Assembly (NCBI GenBank): GCA_004321905.1
Contig: SCQF01000046.1
Location: 25,614-89,613 of the forward strand
Reading direction: 5' to 3'
DNA: 64,000 bases
Source: Verrucomicrobiota bacterium
Lineage (GTDB): Bacteria > Verrucomicrobiota > Kiritimatiellia > CAIQIC01
Shown: in pieces, positions 9,143-19,300 of the stretch
How the letters are laid out: every line of letters begins with the position of its first letter
Position numbering within the stretch: position 1 is the stretch's first letter
Position numbers and translations under genes: made by a program
Notes under the pieces: model-generated
Database searches by the model: none
The model's input: only the letters and a program-made list of their open reading frames with translations
Told to the model about the DNA's origin: nothing

Positions 9143-12100
9143 TTATTCTGTTTTTTTCACCGGAGGGTTGTCGAGAATTTTGCGGACGGCGCCGAGCAGC
9201 GCGCTCAGCGGATAGGGTTTTTGCAGGAAGTGGAAACCTTTTTCTTCGATGGCGGCCCAGCGTGACCGTTCATCGGTGTAGCCGCTGCATAGGAGCACCG
9301 GTAAACCAGGCTGCTGGGCGAGAATTTTTTCGCTCAACTCGATGCCGTTGCCGTCGGGCAGCACGACATCGCTAAAGAGCAGATCAAACCGATGATCAGC
9401 ATGAGGGCAAGCCTGCACCGCTTCCTGCGCCGATGCGCAGGCGACGATGCTATAGCCGGCGGAGCGCAACACCTGCGCGGCCAAGGTGCGCACGCCCGGC
9501 TCGTCTTCCACCAACAGAATGCGCTCGCCATGACCATGCAGCGCCGCGGCCACAGGCGCGCCACCCTCCTCGTCCAGAACAGGGTCAACGCCGACATAGA
9601 CCGGCAGGTAGAGCTTGAAGGTGGTACCATGGCCGATTTGGGTAGACACATTGATCCAACCGTTATTTTGTTTGGCGACGCCATAACTGACGGCGAGGCC
9701 CAAGCCCGTGCCCTTGCCTTCCTTTTTGGTCGTAAAAAATGGCTCAAAAATGTGGGCCAATACGTCGGAACTCATGCCTGTGCCGGTATCGGAAACGGCC
9801 AGACAGACGAACCGGCCGCGGCGTACTTCGCGCATCACGGTTTTGTCCTGCCCCTCAAACTCCACGGTGGTCGTGCAAATGGTCAGCCGACCACCGTTGG
9901 GCATAGCGTCGCGGGCGTTGACGGCCATGTTCATGATGTATTGATCCATTTGCGCAGGATCAACCTTGACGCGCTTGAGCGCCGGGTCGAGTTGGGTTTC
10001 GAGTTCAATATCTTCGCCGAGCAAGCGGCGCAGCATTTTTCCCGTGCTGGTCACGACTTGATTCAAGTCCAGTACGCGCGGCGAAACCGCCTGCTTACGG
10101 CTAAACGCGAGCAGTTGCCGGGTCAAATCGGCCGCCCGCAAGGCCGCTTTCTGGATTTCGTGCAAATCATGCCATTGTGGATTCTGTTGGTCGGTGTCCG
10201 TGAGCAAAATTTCGGTGAAACCCAAAATTGCTTGCAACAAATTGTTGAAATCGTGGGCGACGCCGCCCGCCAGCCGGCCGATGGCGTCCATTTTCGAGGC
10301 CTGCTGGATTTGCTGTTGCATCTCCATCTCGTGGGTGATGTCGCGGGAGATGCCGACGAGGCCGCTGATCTGTCCCGCTTGATCCTTGATGGGTACCTTG
10401 GTAATGGAACTCCAGTGAACTTGGCCATCCGGCTGTACGACTTGTTCGACCTTGGCGATCAACGGTTGGCCGGTTTGCAAAATATGCTTTTCATCCGCAA
10501 AGATTTCCTGTGCGCGCTGGGGCGCCTGGAATTCAAAATCGGTACGCCCAATGACAGCCCTTGGATGCGTCAGCTTCAAATAGGTGGCGTGTGCCCGGCT
10601 GATCTTGGTGAAGCGAAGTTCACTGTCTTTGAAGTATACCTTGTCGGGGATGTTATCCATCAGGGCATAGAGCAGATTGCGCTCCTGAAGCACAGCCTCT
10701 TCTGCCTGTTTACGCGCGGTAATATCAACAATGGACCCCTCTAAGACACCTTGTTCACGATAAAGTTTTGCAGAAATAAGGCAGTCGCGCGCCTCCGCTT
10801 GTTTGTTCAGCATTTTGCATTCAAAATCCACCACGCGGCCATCGGTTTCGAGTTGGCGGACCATCTTTTCCCGCTCACGCGGATCGGCCCAATATATCAC
10901 CCCTTTTGAACCCAACAGCTCCTCCCGCGTACGGCCAAAAATCTCCAAATATTTCCTGTTCATGTCTAAAATCTGGGAACCATCCAGTTTCCCCCTGAAC
11001 ATACCCACCTCGGCATTGTCGAACAGGTTCCGAAACTTCTCCTCGCTCTGGCGCAACGCTATGACGGCCTGTTTTTGAGCCGTGATATCGCGGGCCACAT
11101 GCACGCTGCCGATGAGCTTGCCGGTGGCATCAAAAATCGGGTCGCAACTGATCAGGTAATCACCGCCCAGCTTGGATTCATGCACCTCCAATTCGTGAGA
11201 CTGGCCGTCCTTCATCAATTGGGCGTGCGGACAATGGTCAATCGGACAGATGGTACCATGAAGACATTCGTAACACGGACGTCCGCGGACCGCGTCTGGC
11301 GGTATCCCGATTTTATTTATCAACGCTTTGTTGGCACGCACAATACGATGATTCATGTCATGGATGGAAATCAGGTCCGGTACGGCATCGAACGTGCGTT
11401 CCCAATCTTCTTTGGCGCGAATCAATTCCGTTTCCGCGTACTTGGTCAGATAATCAAAATGGCTCACGAGCGCCTGCCGTTCTTGCACCACCGCCATTTG
11501 ACTCCGAAAAAAAATCTTTTTCTGGCGCTGATCCCAAGCCAACCAGATCAAACCCGGCATGACGAGCAACAACAGCCCCAGCAAGCCGGCAATTCGGGTG
11601 CGAAAACGAAGTGGGGCATAAATTTCTTCGGCATCCACCTTGGCGACCATGAACCACGGCGAATCCGGCACCCGCCGCGTGATGCTCAGCACGGGCACTT
11701 CACGATAATCCACGCCTTCGAAAACACCTTCGACGCCACGCACGACCAATGCGGCGGGAAGATTTGTTTTTGTGAGCGGATAGCGCAGCGCCAAAGCCGT
11801 GTTTTTTCGATGACGCAGCTCATTCAAAAACAAGACATCGCTGCCATCACGTCGCACCAACAGCGTTTCCGCCGAAGCACTGGACATCGGCCACGACTGA
11901 ATCAACGGGTACAGATATTCGTTGGGGTCTATGTTCATCAGGACCACGCCAACGCACTGCGTGGTCGCGCCACCAACCGCGGGCAACAGCAAAGGCGTAA
12001 ACAGGCTGAGATGAATCTCCCGCTCCCCATCATCGCAATAGAGATCGGATAGGTAGGCGTGGCGGGATCGCACCACCTCGGCAACCAGCTTGCGGCTGTT

Positions 12101-12511
12101 GGCGGTCAAACGCGGCAGAGCACCGCTGTCGCCCAAACGCACGACACCCTGCGCATCCACCAGCAGCACGTGGGTATATTTTTCGGCGCGCTGCACCGAC
12201 CGCAACCAGTACAGCAGGTCGTTTCGGCGTTGCATCTCGGCGGGATTGCCCAGAAATGTTTGGACCGAACGGATCAACTGCCGATCGCTCACGAGCAGGC
12301 CGGCATCACCCAGACGCTCTTCCCGCCAACGGACGATCTGCCGCACCTTCAGCTCGGCAATCGCCGTCAATTGCTGATAAATTTTCCCGCGCACCTCGGC
12401 TTGCTGCCGGCGAAAAAAGAAAAACGCACTCCCCAACGATGCGAGTGCGATGAAAGCGAAAACCGCCAGCGGCGCCCAAATCGATCTTCGCTGTTTATCG
12501 TTTACGGTCAT
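9143..12511 (-). CDS. Hybrid sensor histidine kinase / response regulator with periplasmic sensor, multiple PAS domains, HisKA-HATPase and C-terminal REC
   Basis: TM-flanked N-terminal sensor, several PAS-like blocks, H-box ([16 protein letters not shown]), G-boxes (DTGTGM...GTGLGL), C-terminal receiver ([11 protein letters not shown]...D). Start set at MTVNDK. Confidence 0.85.
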   Translation of the reverse strand: MTVNDKQRRSIWAPLAVFAFIALASLGSAFFFFRRQQAEVRGKIYQQLTAIAELKVRQIVRWREERLGDAGLLVSDRQLIRSVQTFLGNPAEMQRRNDLLYWLRSVQRAEKYTHVLLVDAQGVVRLGDSGALPRLTANSRKLVAEVVRSRHAYLSDLYCDDGEREIHLSLFTPLLLPAVGGATTQCVGVVLMNIDPNEYLYPLIQSWPMSSASAETLLVRRDGSDVLFLNELRHRKNTALALRYPLTKTNLPAALVVRGVEGVFEGVDYREVPVLSITRRVPDSPWFMVAKVDAEEIYAPLRFRTRIAGLLGLLLLVMPGLIWLAWDQRQKKIFFRSQMAVVQERQALVSHFDYLTKYAETELIRAKEDWERTFDAVPDLISIHDMNHRIVRANKALINKIGIPPDAVRGRPCYECLHGTICPIDHCPHAQLMKDGQSHELEVHESKLGGDYLISCDPIFDATGKLIGSVHVARDITAQKQAVIALRQSEEKFRNLFDNAEVGMFRGKLDGSQILDMNRKYLEIFGRTREELLGSKGVIYWADPREREKMVRQLETDGRVVDFECKMLNKQAEARDCLISAKLYREQGVLEGSIVDITARKQAEEAVLQERNLLYALMDNIPDKVYFKDSELRFTKISRAHATYLKLTHPRAVIGRTDFEFQAPQRAQEIFADEKHILQTGQPLIAKVEQVVQPDGQVHWSSITKVPIKDQAGQISGLVGISRDITHEMEMQQQIQQASKMDAIGRLAGGVAHDFNNLLQAILGFTEILLTDTDQQNPQWHDLHEIQKAALRAADLTRQLLAFSRKQAVSPRVLDLNQVVTSTGKMLRRLLGEDIELETQLDPALKRVKVDPAQMDQYIMNMAVNARDAMPNGGRLTICTTTVEFEGQDKTVMREVRRGRFVCLAVSDTGTGMSSDVLAHIFEPFFTTKKEGKGTGLGLAVSYGVAKQNNGWINVSTQIGHGTTFKLYLPVYVGVDPVLDEEGGAPVAAALHGHGERILLVEDEPGVRTLAAQVLRSAGYSIVACASAQEAVQACPHADHRFDLLFSDVVLPDGNGIELSEKILAQQPGLPVLLCSGYTDERSRWAAIEEKGFHFLQKPYPLSALLGAVRKILDNPPVKKTE

Positions 12512-12585
12512 GTTCTTACACCACAACGTTATGGTATAGAATAAGTTTCACATGTCAACCACGCGCGCGACCACCGCCGCGCGCC

Positions 12586-12634
12586 TTTCCAAGCCTTGGA
12601 AAAGTCCAGCCTCGGTTTTTCCAAGGCTTGGAAA
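12586..12634. repeat. Paired palindromic dispersed element (2 x TTTCCAAG[G/C]CTTGGAAA, 14-nt spacer)
   Basis: ctttccaagccttggaaaag-N-tttttccaaggcttggaaa; member of the ~20-copy family. Confidence 0.9.
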
Positions 12635-12677
12635 CCGATGCCCGCATAGCGCGGTGGCGTTGAAATTGTTTTGGCCG

Positions 12678-12705
12678 TTGACATCGCGCGGGAAATCCAT
12701 ATAGT
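12678..12705 (+). promoter_or_regulatory. Candidate sigma70 promoter for tRNA-Ala (TTGACA-16-TATAGT)
   Basis: ttgaca at 12678-12683, 16-nt spacer, tatagt at 12700-12705, about 17 nt before the mature tRNA 5' end. Confidence 0.4.
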
Positions 12706-12722
12706 CGCCCCCGCTTTCGGCT

Positions 12723-12798
12723 GGGGGGTTAGCTCAGTTGGGAGAGCGCCTGAATGGCATTCAGGAGGTCGGGAGTTCAACTCTCCTACCCTCCACCA
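12723..12798 (+). tRNA. tRNA-Ala (anticodon GGC)
   Basis: Hand-folded cloverleaf: acceptor GGGGGGU with a G3:U70 wobble (the Ala identity element), anticodon loop AUGGCAU, T-loop TTCAACT, encoded CCA. Confidence 0.9.
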
Positions 12799-12870
12799 AC
12801 CCCGAAAAGCGTTGAACATCTTTCCGACGACGACGGTCGAACACACTGAACTTGAGGAAAGGAAACCACC

Positions 12871-13563
12871 ATGTTTTTTGATCCGTTATATTTCAAGTTG
12901 GTGTTGCCGGGGTTGGCGCTGGCGCTACTGGCGACGTGGCTGACGAAAAGTACGTTTGCCAAGTATGCGCGCGTGGCGGCCTCATCCGGCTTGACCGGCG
13001 CAGAAGCGGCCGAGCGTTTGCTGGCTTCGCAGGGCATCAGCGGCGTCACGATCCGCGAGCATCAGGGTTTTCTGAGCGACCACTATGATCCGCGCGACCA
13101 AACGCTGAATCTCTCGCCCGAGGTCTATGGCTCCCGCTCGCTCGCAGCCATCGGCGTGGCGTGTCACGAAGCCGGCCACGCCATCCAGCACGCCAAACTC
13201 TATGCGCCGCTCAAACTACGCACGGAGTTGGTGCCGATCACAAACTTCGGCAGCAATTTTTCGTACATCATCTTTATTGCCGGCATGATGTTCCATTCGC
13301 CGATGCTGTTCAAAGTCGGCGTGCTGCTCTTCATGCTGACGGTGGTGTTCGCCATCGTCACGTTGCCGGTGGAATGGGACGCGAGTCGGCGCGCGAAGGC
13401 GCTGATGGTCCGCGCCGGCATTGTCACTCCGCAAGAACAAAGCGGCGCGGCCAGTGTGCTCAATGCCGCTTTTTTGACCTATGTGGCCAGCGCGGTGACG
13501 GCGCTGTTGACGCTGCTCTATTATCTGCTCCGCTCCGGCATGCTCGGCGGACGGCGGGATTGA
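12871..13563 (+). CDS. Membrane zinc metallopeptidase (YugP/Zn_peptidase_2-like, HEAGH motif)
   Basis: CHEAGHAIQH zinc-binding motif, N-terminal TM and C-terminal TM helices; typical putative neutral zinc metallopeptidase family. Confidence 0.8.
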   Translation: MFFDPLYFKLVLPGLALALLATWLTKSTFAKYARVAASSGLTGAEAAERLLASQGISGVTIREHQGFLSDHYDPRDQTLNLSPEVYGSRSLAAIGVACHEAGHAIQHAKLYAPLKLRTELVPITNFGSNFSYIIFIAGMMFHSPMLFKVGVLLFMLTVVFAIVTLPVEWDASRRAKALMVRAGIVTPQEQSGAASVLNAAFLTYVASAVTALLTLLYYLLRSGMLGGRRD

Positions 13564-13566
13564 AGG

Positions 13567-13956
13567 TTAGGTAGGGTCGGCGCTCCGAGCCGACCGCGGT
13601 GCGTTCAGAGAACACGCCCTGCTTTTGACGGCAGATGAATTGGTTCGCGTTTCCGTCGCGATCCATCGAAGAAATTGAGGGTTACCTTGCGCCAGGGGCA
13701 GCGTAACCACGCACGGTACATCGTAGCCATGCAGGGCGCGCACTTTCTGGATGACGCGTTGCGCCAGTGTGGCGCGCGTCTTGGCCAGCACCAACACTTC
13801 GCGGGACTTTTTCAGTCGCCCGCGCCACCAATAGAGCGACGCCATCGGCCCCACCATGTTGACGCACGCAACCAAGTGTTCACGTAGCAAAACCTGGCTG
13901 ATGCGGTTGGCTTCGGCCCGGGTGGCCGCTGTGATATAGACCAGTATAAATTTCAT
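13567..13956 (-). CDS. cutA: Divalent-cation tolerance protein CutA
   Basis: MKFILVYITAATRAEANRISQVLLREHLVACVNM...YDVPCVVTLPL matches the CutA1 family; start set at MKFILVY. Confidence 0.75.
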   Translation of the reverse strand: MKFILVYITAATRAEANRISQVLLREHLVACVNMVGPMASLYWWRGRLKKSREVLVLAKTRATLAQRVIQKVRALHGYDVPCVVTLPLAQGNPQFLRWIATETRTNSSAVKSRACSLNAPRSARSADPT

Positions 13957-14012
13957 GGCAGTTGCTTGAAGTTTCTGCAGCATAGATTATGATTTTTCGC
14001 GCTGCGGGTAAA

Positions 14013-14558
14013 ATGAAAAACAGCGTGAACAAGATTTTTCGGCGGGCCGGATTGGTGGGTATCCTCTGGCTGGCAGGGTGCGCCTCGCTGCCGGAAGAAT
14101 ATCGCCCCCAAACCGTTGGTCCGCTGGATGATGGGCAGACCAACAACGGCGTGATCATTCAACTGGTCGCCCGCAATCGCACAACCCAGCTCGGCCAGCC
14201 GGTGGTTTTTCAAGTGGTGGTGCGCAACATCAGTAATCACGCCTTCTGGATTCCGCATAAGCCGCCGCAGGGATTCTTCTGGACCTTTCCAGATGGCCGA
14301 CATGATTGCTATTTCTTCGACCGTGAACAAGTGCGTTATTTTAGCAAAAATGATTGTGTTCTGCTCCAACCGGGGCATGAAATTGCGCTAACAGGACTGG
14401 TGGACACGGCAGCCTTTAGTCAGCTCGGGATCACCGAGTTTAGAGCCGAAATTGACGTTGCCCGAAATACTAACCCTGAATTGACGCCCTGCTGGTCGGG
14501 GCGCGCGTTTTCCAACTCGTTTGGTGTCCAATTGGTCCCCTACCAAACATCCAGGTGA
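14013..14558 (+). CDS. Hypothetical lipoprotein
   Basis: Signal peptide with lipobox (ILWLAGCAS); no known domain recognised. Confidence 0.5.
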   Translation: MKNSVNKIFRRAGLVGILWLAGCASLPEEYRPQTVGPLDDGQTNNGVIIQLVARNRTTQLGQPVVFQVVVRNISNHAFWIPHKPPQGFFWTFPDGRHDCYFFDREQVRYFSKNDCVLLQPGHEIALTGLVDTAAFSQLGITEFRAEIDVARNTNPELTPCWSGRAFSNSFGVQLVPYQTSR

Positions 14559-14707
14559 ATCACCTTATCCGCACCACCGCTCACCCACTCATCAAATTGT
14601 AATCAACCGCTTCCTGATCACGCTCGCACACCGCAACACGGCGAGACTTGATTTGTGTCCGACAGGAAAGTAAGCTGCGCCCGCTTTTTGAAAAAAGGAG
14701 CACTATC

Positions 14708-15787
14708 ATGGCTAGAATTTATAATTTCAGTGCCGGTCCGGCCGTCCTGCCGCTCGCCGCGCTGGAAGAAGCGCAACGCGATCTCGTGGATTACAAAGGT
14801 TCCGGCATGTCCATCATGGAGATGAGCCATCGCGGCAAGGAATATGAAACGGTGCATAACGAAGCCGTGGAAAACATCCGCAAACTGCTCAAGTTGCCGG
14901 AAAATTATACCGTGATCTTCATGACCGGCGGCGCGACGGCGCAATTTGCATTGATCCCCATGAATTTGCGTGGCGAAGGCCGGGTTGCCGACTACATCAA
15001 TACCGGCGCGTGGGCCAGCAAGGCCATCAAAGAAGCCAAACTGTTGGGTAAGGTCAATGTGATCGCCGACACCGAGAAGGACATCCCGACGCGCCTGCCG
15101 GACGTGGCGGCGCTCAGGTTCACACCCGGCGCGGCCTATGTGCATATCACCTCGAACGAGACCATCGCTGGCACGCAGTGGAAAGCATTCCCCCAAACCG
15201 AAGCGCCGCTCATTGCCGATATGTCATCCGATATCCTTTCGCGCCCGATTGATGTGAACCAGTTTGGGTTGATTTACGCCGGTGCGCAGAAAAACCTCGG
15301 CCCGGCCGGTGTGACGGTGGTGGTGATCCGCAAAGACCTCGCTGAACGTGCCGGCGGAAAATATCCAATGATCCTCCGCTACAAGACACACTTGGAGGAG
15401 AACTCGCTACATAACACCCCGCCGTGTTTCGCCATTTATATGCTCGCGCTCTGCACGCGCTGGCTGCTCAACCTTGGCGGCGTTGACGCCATCACCAACA
15501 TCAACCGCGACAAAGCGGCGAAGCTATACGCGGCCATTGACGCCTCTGGTTTTTACAAAGGCGCTGCCGTCAAAGAATTTCGTTCCGATATGAACGTCAC
15601 CTTCCGCCTGCCCAGCGAGGCACTGGAAGAGCAGTTCGTCAAGGAAGCCGGCGCGCAAAAGCTCAAAGGGCTGAAGGGCCACCGTTCGGTCGGCGGCATC
15701 CGCGCTTCGATCTATAACGCCTTCCCCGTCGCCGGTGTGGATGCGCTCATCGCGTTCATGAAAGACTTTGAAAAACGCAACGGTTAA
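14708..15787 (+). CDS. serC: Phosphoserine aminotransferase
   Basis: MARIYNFSAGPAVLPLAALEEAQRDLVDYKGSGMSIMEMSHRGKEYE... is the canonical SerC N-terminus; PLP-fold aminotransferase class V. Confidence 0.92.
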   Translation: MARIYNFSAGPAVLPLAALEEAQRDLVDYKGSGMSIMEMSHRGKEYETVHNEAVENIRKLLKLPENYTVIFMTGGATAQFALIPMNLRGEGRVADYINTGAWASKAIKEAKLLGKVNVIADTEKDIPTRLPDVAALRFTPGAAYVHITSNETIAGTQWKAFPQTEAPLIADMSSDILSRPIDVNQFGLIYAGAQKNLGPAGVTVVVIRKDLAERAGGKYPMILRYKTHLEENSLHNTPPCFAIYMLALCTRWLLNLGGVDAITNINRDKAAKLYAAIDASGFYKGAAVKEFRSDMNVTFRLPSEALEEQFVKEAGAQKLKGLKGHRSVGGIRASIYNAFPVAGVDALIAFMKDFEKRNG

Positions 15788-15831
15788 GGTAAAAACTCCG
15801 CCGGCCTTGCTGTTACCATCCGGCAATTTGC

Positions 15832-15908
15832 GTGCCTGTAGCTCAACTGGATAGAGCGTTGGCCTCCGAAGCCAAAGGTTGTGGGTTCAACTCCCGCCAG
15901 GCACACCA
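15832..15908 (+). tRNA. tRNA-Arg (anticodon CCG)
   Basis: Hand-folded: acceptor GUGCCUG/CAGGCAC, D-arm GCUC...GAGC, anticodon stem UUGGC/GCCAA, loop CUCCGAA, T-arm GUGGG-UUCAACU-CCCGC, encoded CCA. 77 nt. Confidence 0.88.
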
Positions 15909-15922
15909 AACGAGCATACGTT

Positions 15923-16177
15923 GTGTACTTTGTCTATATCCTCCAGAGTTTACGCACGAACTGTTTTTACATCGGTACGACCGACGATTTAGTACGCCGT
16001 TTTCATCAGCACCAAACCGGTCGCAGCACCTATACCTGCAAATGCGGTCCGTGGTGGATGACCTACTACGAAATCCACGCCGATCGTTCATCCGCCCTCC
16101 ACCGCGAGCGCGAAATCAAACACTGGAAAAGTTCTACGCGCATCCAACGTTTAATCGCGGAATCGTTTCCGCCATGA
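15923..16177 (+). CDS. Small GIY-YIG nuclease-family protein (YhbQ/UPF0213-like)
   Basis: VYFVYILQS...CFYIGTTDDLVRRFHQHQTG contains the GIY-X10-YIG motif and the conserved R and H/N residues of small GIY-YIG proteins. Probable GTG start at 15923, 15 nt after the tRNA. Confidence 0.7.
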   Translation: MYFVYILQSLRTNCFYIGTTDDLVRRFHQHQTGRSTYTCKCGPWWMTYYEIHADRSSALHREREIKHWKSSTRIQRLIAESFPP

Positions 16178-16204
16178 CAGAGCGCCCCGGCTACCGTAGC
16201 CGGG

Positions 16205-16239
16205 AAGGTTGTGGGTTCAACTCCCGCCAGGCACACCAA
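16205..16239 (+). repeat. Duplicated 3' portion of tRNA-Arg (variable loop to discriminator, 35/35 identical); no 5' half
   Basis: aaggttgtgggttcaactcccgccaggcacaccaa repeated. The upstream ccggctaccgtagccgg resembles a diverged anticodon arm. No matching 5' acceptor strand was found. Confidence 0.85.
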
Positions 16240-16240
16240 G

Positions 16241-16291
16241 TTTTCCAAGGCTTGGAAAATTGAAACGACGCTTTTTCCAAACCTTGGAAAA
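16241..16291. repeat. Paired palindromic dispersed element
   Basis: gttttccaaggcttggaaaa-N12-tttttccaaaccttggaaaag. Confidence 0.9.
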
Positions 16292-16321
16292 GCGCACCGG
16301 AAAAGATAGAATCCCGCCACG

Positions 16322-19300
16322 ATGACTGGCCGCCGCTCCGAATCCGTGCTCGTGGTTCATCCCACGTCGCTTGCGCTCCGGCAACTCCAACGCCGCACGC
16401 TGACGCACGTAGGTTTCTTCGACGCGCGCGGTCACATCACCTTCGCCGGTTTGCTCAATAGCTGTGCCGAAGCTGCGCGGCAGGCCGGTTTGCTGGCGGG
16501 CCGAAGGTCGGCCTCGGATTTGGACTATGAAATGCTGCTACTGGAGACCGCCCAGCAGTTCCGTGCAAAATCCGCCGCCCAGCAAGGCCCGCTGGCCGCC
16601 CTCGCACAGCAAGCTTTGGAAGACACGCTTGACCAACTGATCGCCTTCCTCGCGCCGCTGGCCGATCGCATCGCCGATGCTCTCGCGATACTGGCGCGCG
16701 GCACACCCAAGAACCGCGCGCTCGCTACGCTCTATCAGGAGTTTCAAGCCGCTGCTAACGCGATGGACGTGAGCACAGAGGCCGATGAAAACGCAGCCAT
16801 TCTGCGCTTGTTGCGCGGTGACTGCACTGCGTGGCCCGCCGTCTTGCACGAAGCCACCGCCGTGCGCTTCGTCGCCGTACGTGCCATCACGCCGATGCTG
16901 GAAAGCGTCAGCCACGCGCTGGTCGGGAAACCAGGTGGCACACAGGTACAGATCGAGCATATTTTGGAAGAACACGAGCAGGAATGGTGGGGTGAAAAAT
17001 TCCTGGCGGGTTCCTGTCGGCTTTTGTTCGGAACGGAAAGCGCCGCCGAGGATGCCGCCTGCCATGCGGCGCAGACATGGAGCGTAGTCACCAGCCTACG
17101 CGAAGCCTACGCAATGCGCGATCCCGGCCTCGCCGCCGAAGCGCGCACGAACGTCGGCTTCTCCTGTTCCGCTGGTCTCTATGGTGAAGTGGAAGACCTC
17201 GCGCGCCGAATTTGCTGGGAATTGGAGCAACCGGACGCTCATCTGCGACCCGAAGAGATCGCGCTCGTCGTGCCCAACGTGGGCCAATATGCCGATGCCA
17301 TCGCTGACGTTTTCCAGCGCTTCCAGTTGCCCTATCACTTCCGCCGCGGCAATGCCGTGCTCGCCGCGCCGGTGACACAGGCGATTCTGCGCCTGCTGGA
17401 AGTTCGCGCCACGCGCAGTCGCGACGCTTTTTGTGCGTTGCTCGAAAGTCCGTGGCTGAAGTGGGAAAGAATACAGGAGACAGAATACAGAAGTCAGAAG
17501 CCAGAGGTCACTGAACAGCTATCCGCTATCCGCTATCCGCCATCTGCCCTCGCCGATTCCATCCGCCGCGCCGGGATTGAACCAGAAATGCCGGAGGCCG
17601 CGGTGCTCGCACTGCGTGTCCGTAATTTCCTCCTCGCTAAACGCCCGCCAGCAACGGACGCCCAAGCTATCGGCGATTTTGCGGCGCAAGTGTTTCGGCT
17701 GCTTTACGACAAAAACTCGGAACGTCGCCCACTCACCAAACTATGCAACCAACTGATCTCAGAACTTCGTCAAACGTTTGGCGTAGAAGGCCAAGTCCGG
17801 CAGTTTCTACAAAATAGTTTCGCGTCCGATGACCTCACGCGCCAAGCCGCGTTGTTCAATAGCCGCGCCTTGACCGCCGTCATCGCGCAACTGGAAACCC
17901 TCGGCAAACATAAGGCCGAGACCACAATGACGTGGGCCGAGCTGCTCGCGCTCTTGCGGCGCGTGTTGCGTAACGTGACGGTTGCCGCCGGCAGCGCCGA
18001 CGAGTCCGGCGTCTGGGTTCTCAATCCGCACGACGCGGCGGGCCTACATTTCCGCGTCACGCTCATCGCCGGGCTGAACGCCGGACGCTTCCCCGCCCTA
18101 CCCGCGCCCAGTCCGGTGTTTAGCGACGCCGAATTGCGGCAGTTGCGCGAGGCGTTGACCGCTTTACCGCAAACCGCGCTGGCACCGTCCGTGGCGCGGC
18201 GCAGCCAAGATAATCTGCTGTTTTTGACCACGCTGGCGACGGCGAGCGAACGGCTGGTGTTTTCCTATCAAAGCCGCGACGAAACAGGCGAAGAATTGCA
18301 ACCTTCAATCTGCTTTGCCACCGCATGGCGGCTCGCCGGCTGGCCAAGTTGGGAGAAGTTACCGTCGCAACCGCCTGATCCCTATGATCGCTGGCGCCTG
18401 AAGGTCGCGCCGGAAATTTTCCGCGAATTCTGGGAAGCCGCGCGAAACGGCAAGGACCTGCCCATCTGGCAACGTAAACCCTTTCACGGCGAATCGTTCC
18501 TCGCCACCCGCCCGCTGGCGCTCTGCCGTGCGGCGGATGAAGCGCGCCAACAAGCCGCACGTTCCCTTGCGGAGTGTAGGAGCCCGGCCCCTGCCGGGCG
18601 ACCTGCCGATGCCGTCAGCGAACTCGTCGCCCGCAGCCTGACGATGGAGGCGGAGCGCACCCGCATCTTCACGCAGCAGGCTTTGCAGCCAAACCAGCCG
18701 CCAGAACACGGCACGCGGTTCGTCGGTTCCATCACAGCCCAGACCTGGCAACAGGTACGCCCCAAACCGCGAACCATTCCGGATTTCAGCGCCACGGAAT
18801 TGGAGACGCTGGCGACCTGTCCCTATAAATACTATCTGCAACGTGTGCTCCACCTCGAAGCGCTCAAAACCAACGAACAGGAAGCTACGCCGCTCGCGCT
18901 CGGTAGTCTGGTGCACCGCGTGATGCACCATGCGCTGCTACTCCTGCGCGGTGATCCACCGCCGCCAGATGCCCCAGCCGTACTGGCCGACATCCGCCAC
19001 GGCTTCGCCGATCTATGCCGTCCGGCGTTTGCAGTGCAAACCACCGACCACCCGTGGCGCATTATGGTCAAGGGGCCCGGTCGTCCGGTGGTGCAATTCC
19101 AGCCGGATAAGACCGAGCATTACGCTGAATTTATGGCGGCGGTGGCCAACGCCGAACTCGAAGCCGAGGAACAAGCGCTGGCTAGCATGATGCTCGGCGC
19201 CATCGAGCAACGCGGCGTCGTACGAACCAACTTGATCGCCGGTTGCAACAATCTGCTCCGCTTGAGCCTGCAACCCGCCGAATTCGATAAATCCATGCTG

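Larger units (their letters stand above)
15909..16239 (+). mobile_element. Candidate mini mobile module: GIY-YIG ORF inserted at the tRNA-Arg 3' end, bounded by a direct repeat of the tRNA 3' part
   Basis: The 35-nt repeat 15875-15909 equals 16205-16239 (35/35). A lower-GC GIY-YIG ORF lies between them. No integrase. Same architecture as the locus at 53142-53639. Confidence 0.55.

Noticed and set aside
12529-12846. A 105-aa minus-strand ORF overlapping tRNA-Ala and its promoter
   Set aside because: It runs antisense across a confidently folded tRNA and contains translated palindromic-element peptides (FQALEKPRLDFSKAWK). It is an artefact of the stop-free repeat.
16140-16239. Second full tRNA-Arg gene (and likewise a second full tRNA(CAU) at 53540-53620)
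   Set aside because: Only the 3' portions are present. No complementary 5' acceptor strand or D-arm can be found at the required distance, so these are partial duplications and not complete genes.
16217-16435. Short ORFs whose products are mostly FPSLGK / FQALEN / FSKPWK peptides (also 26077-26280 and 28968-29198)
   Set aside because: They are created by the palindromic element, which lacks a stop codon in all six frames. They have no independent coding evidence.
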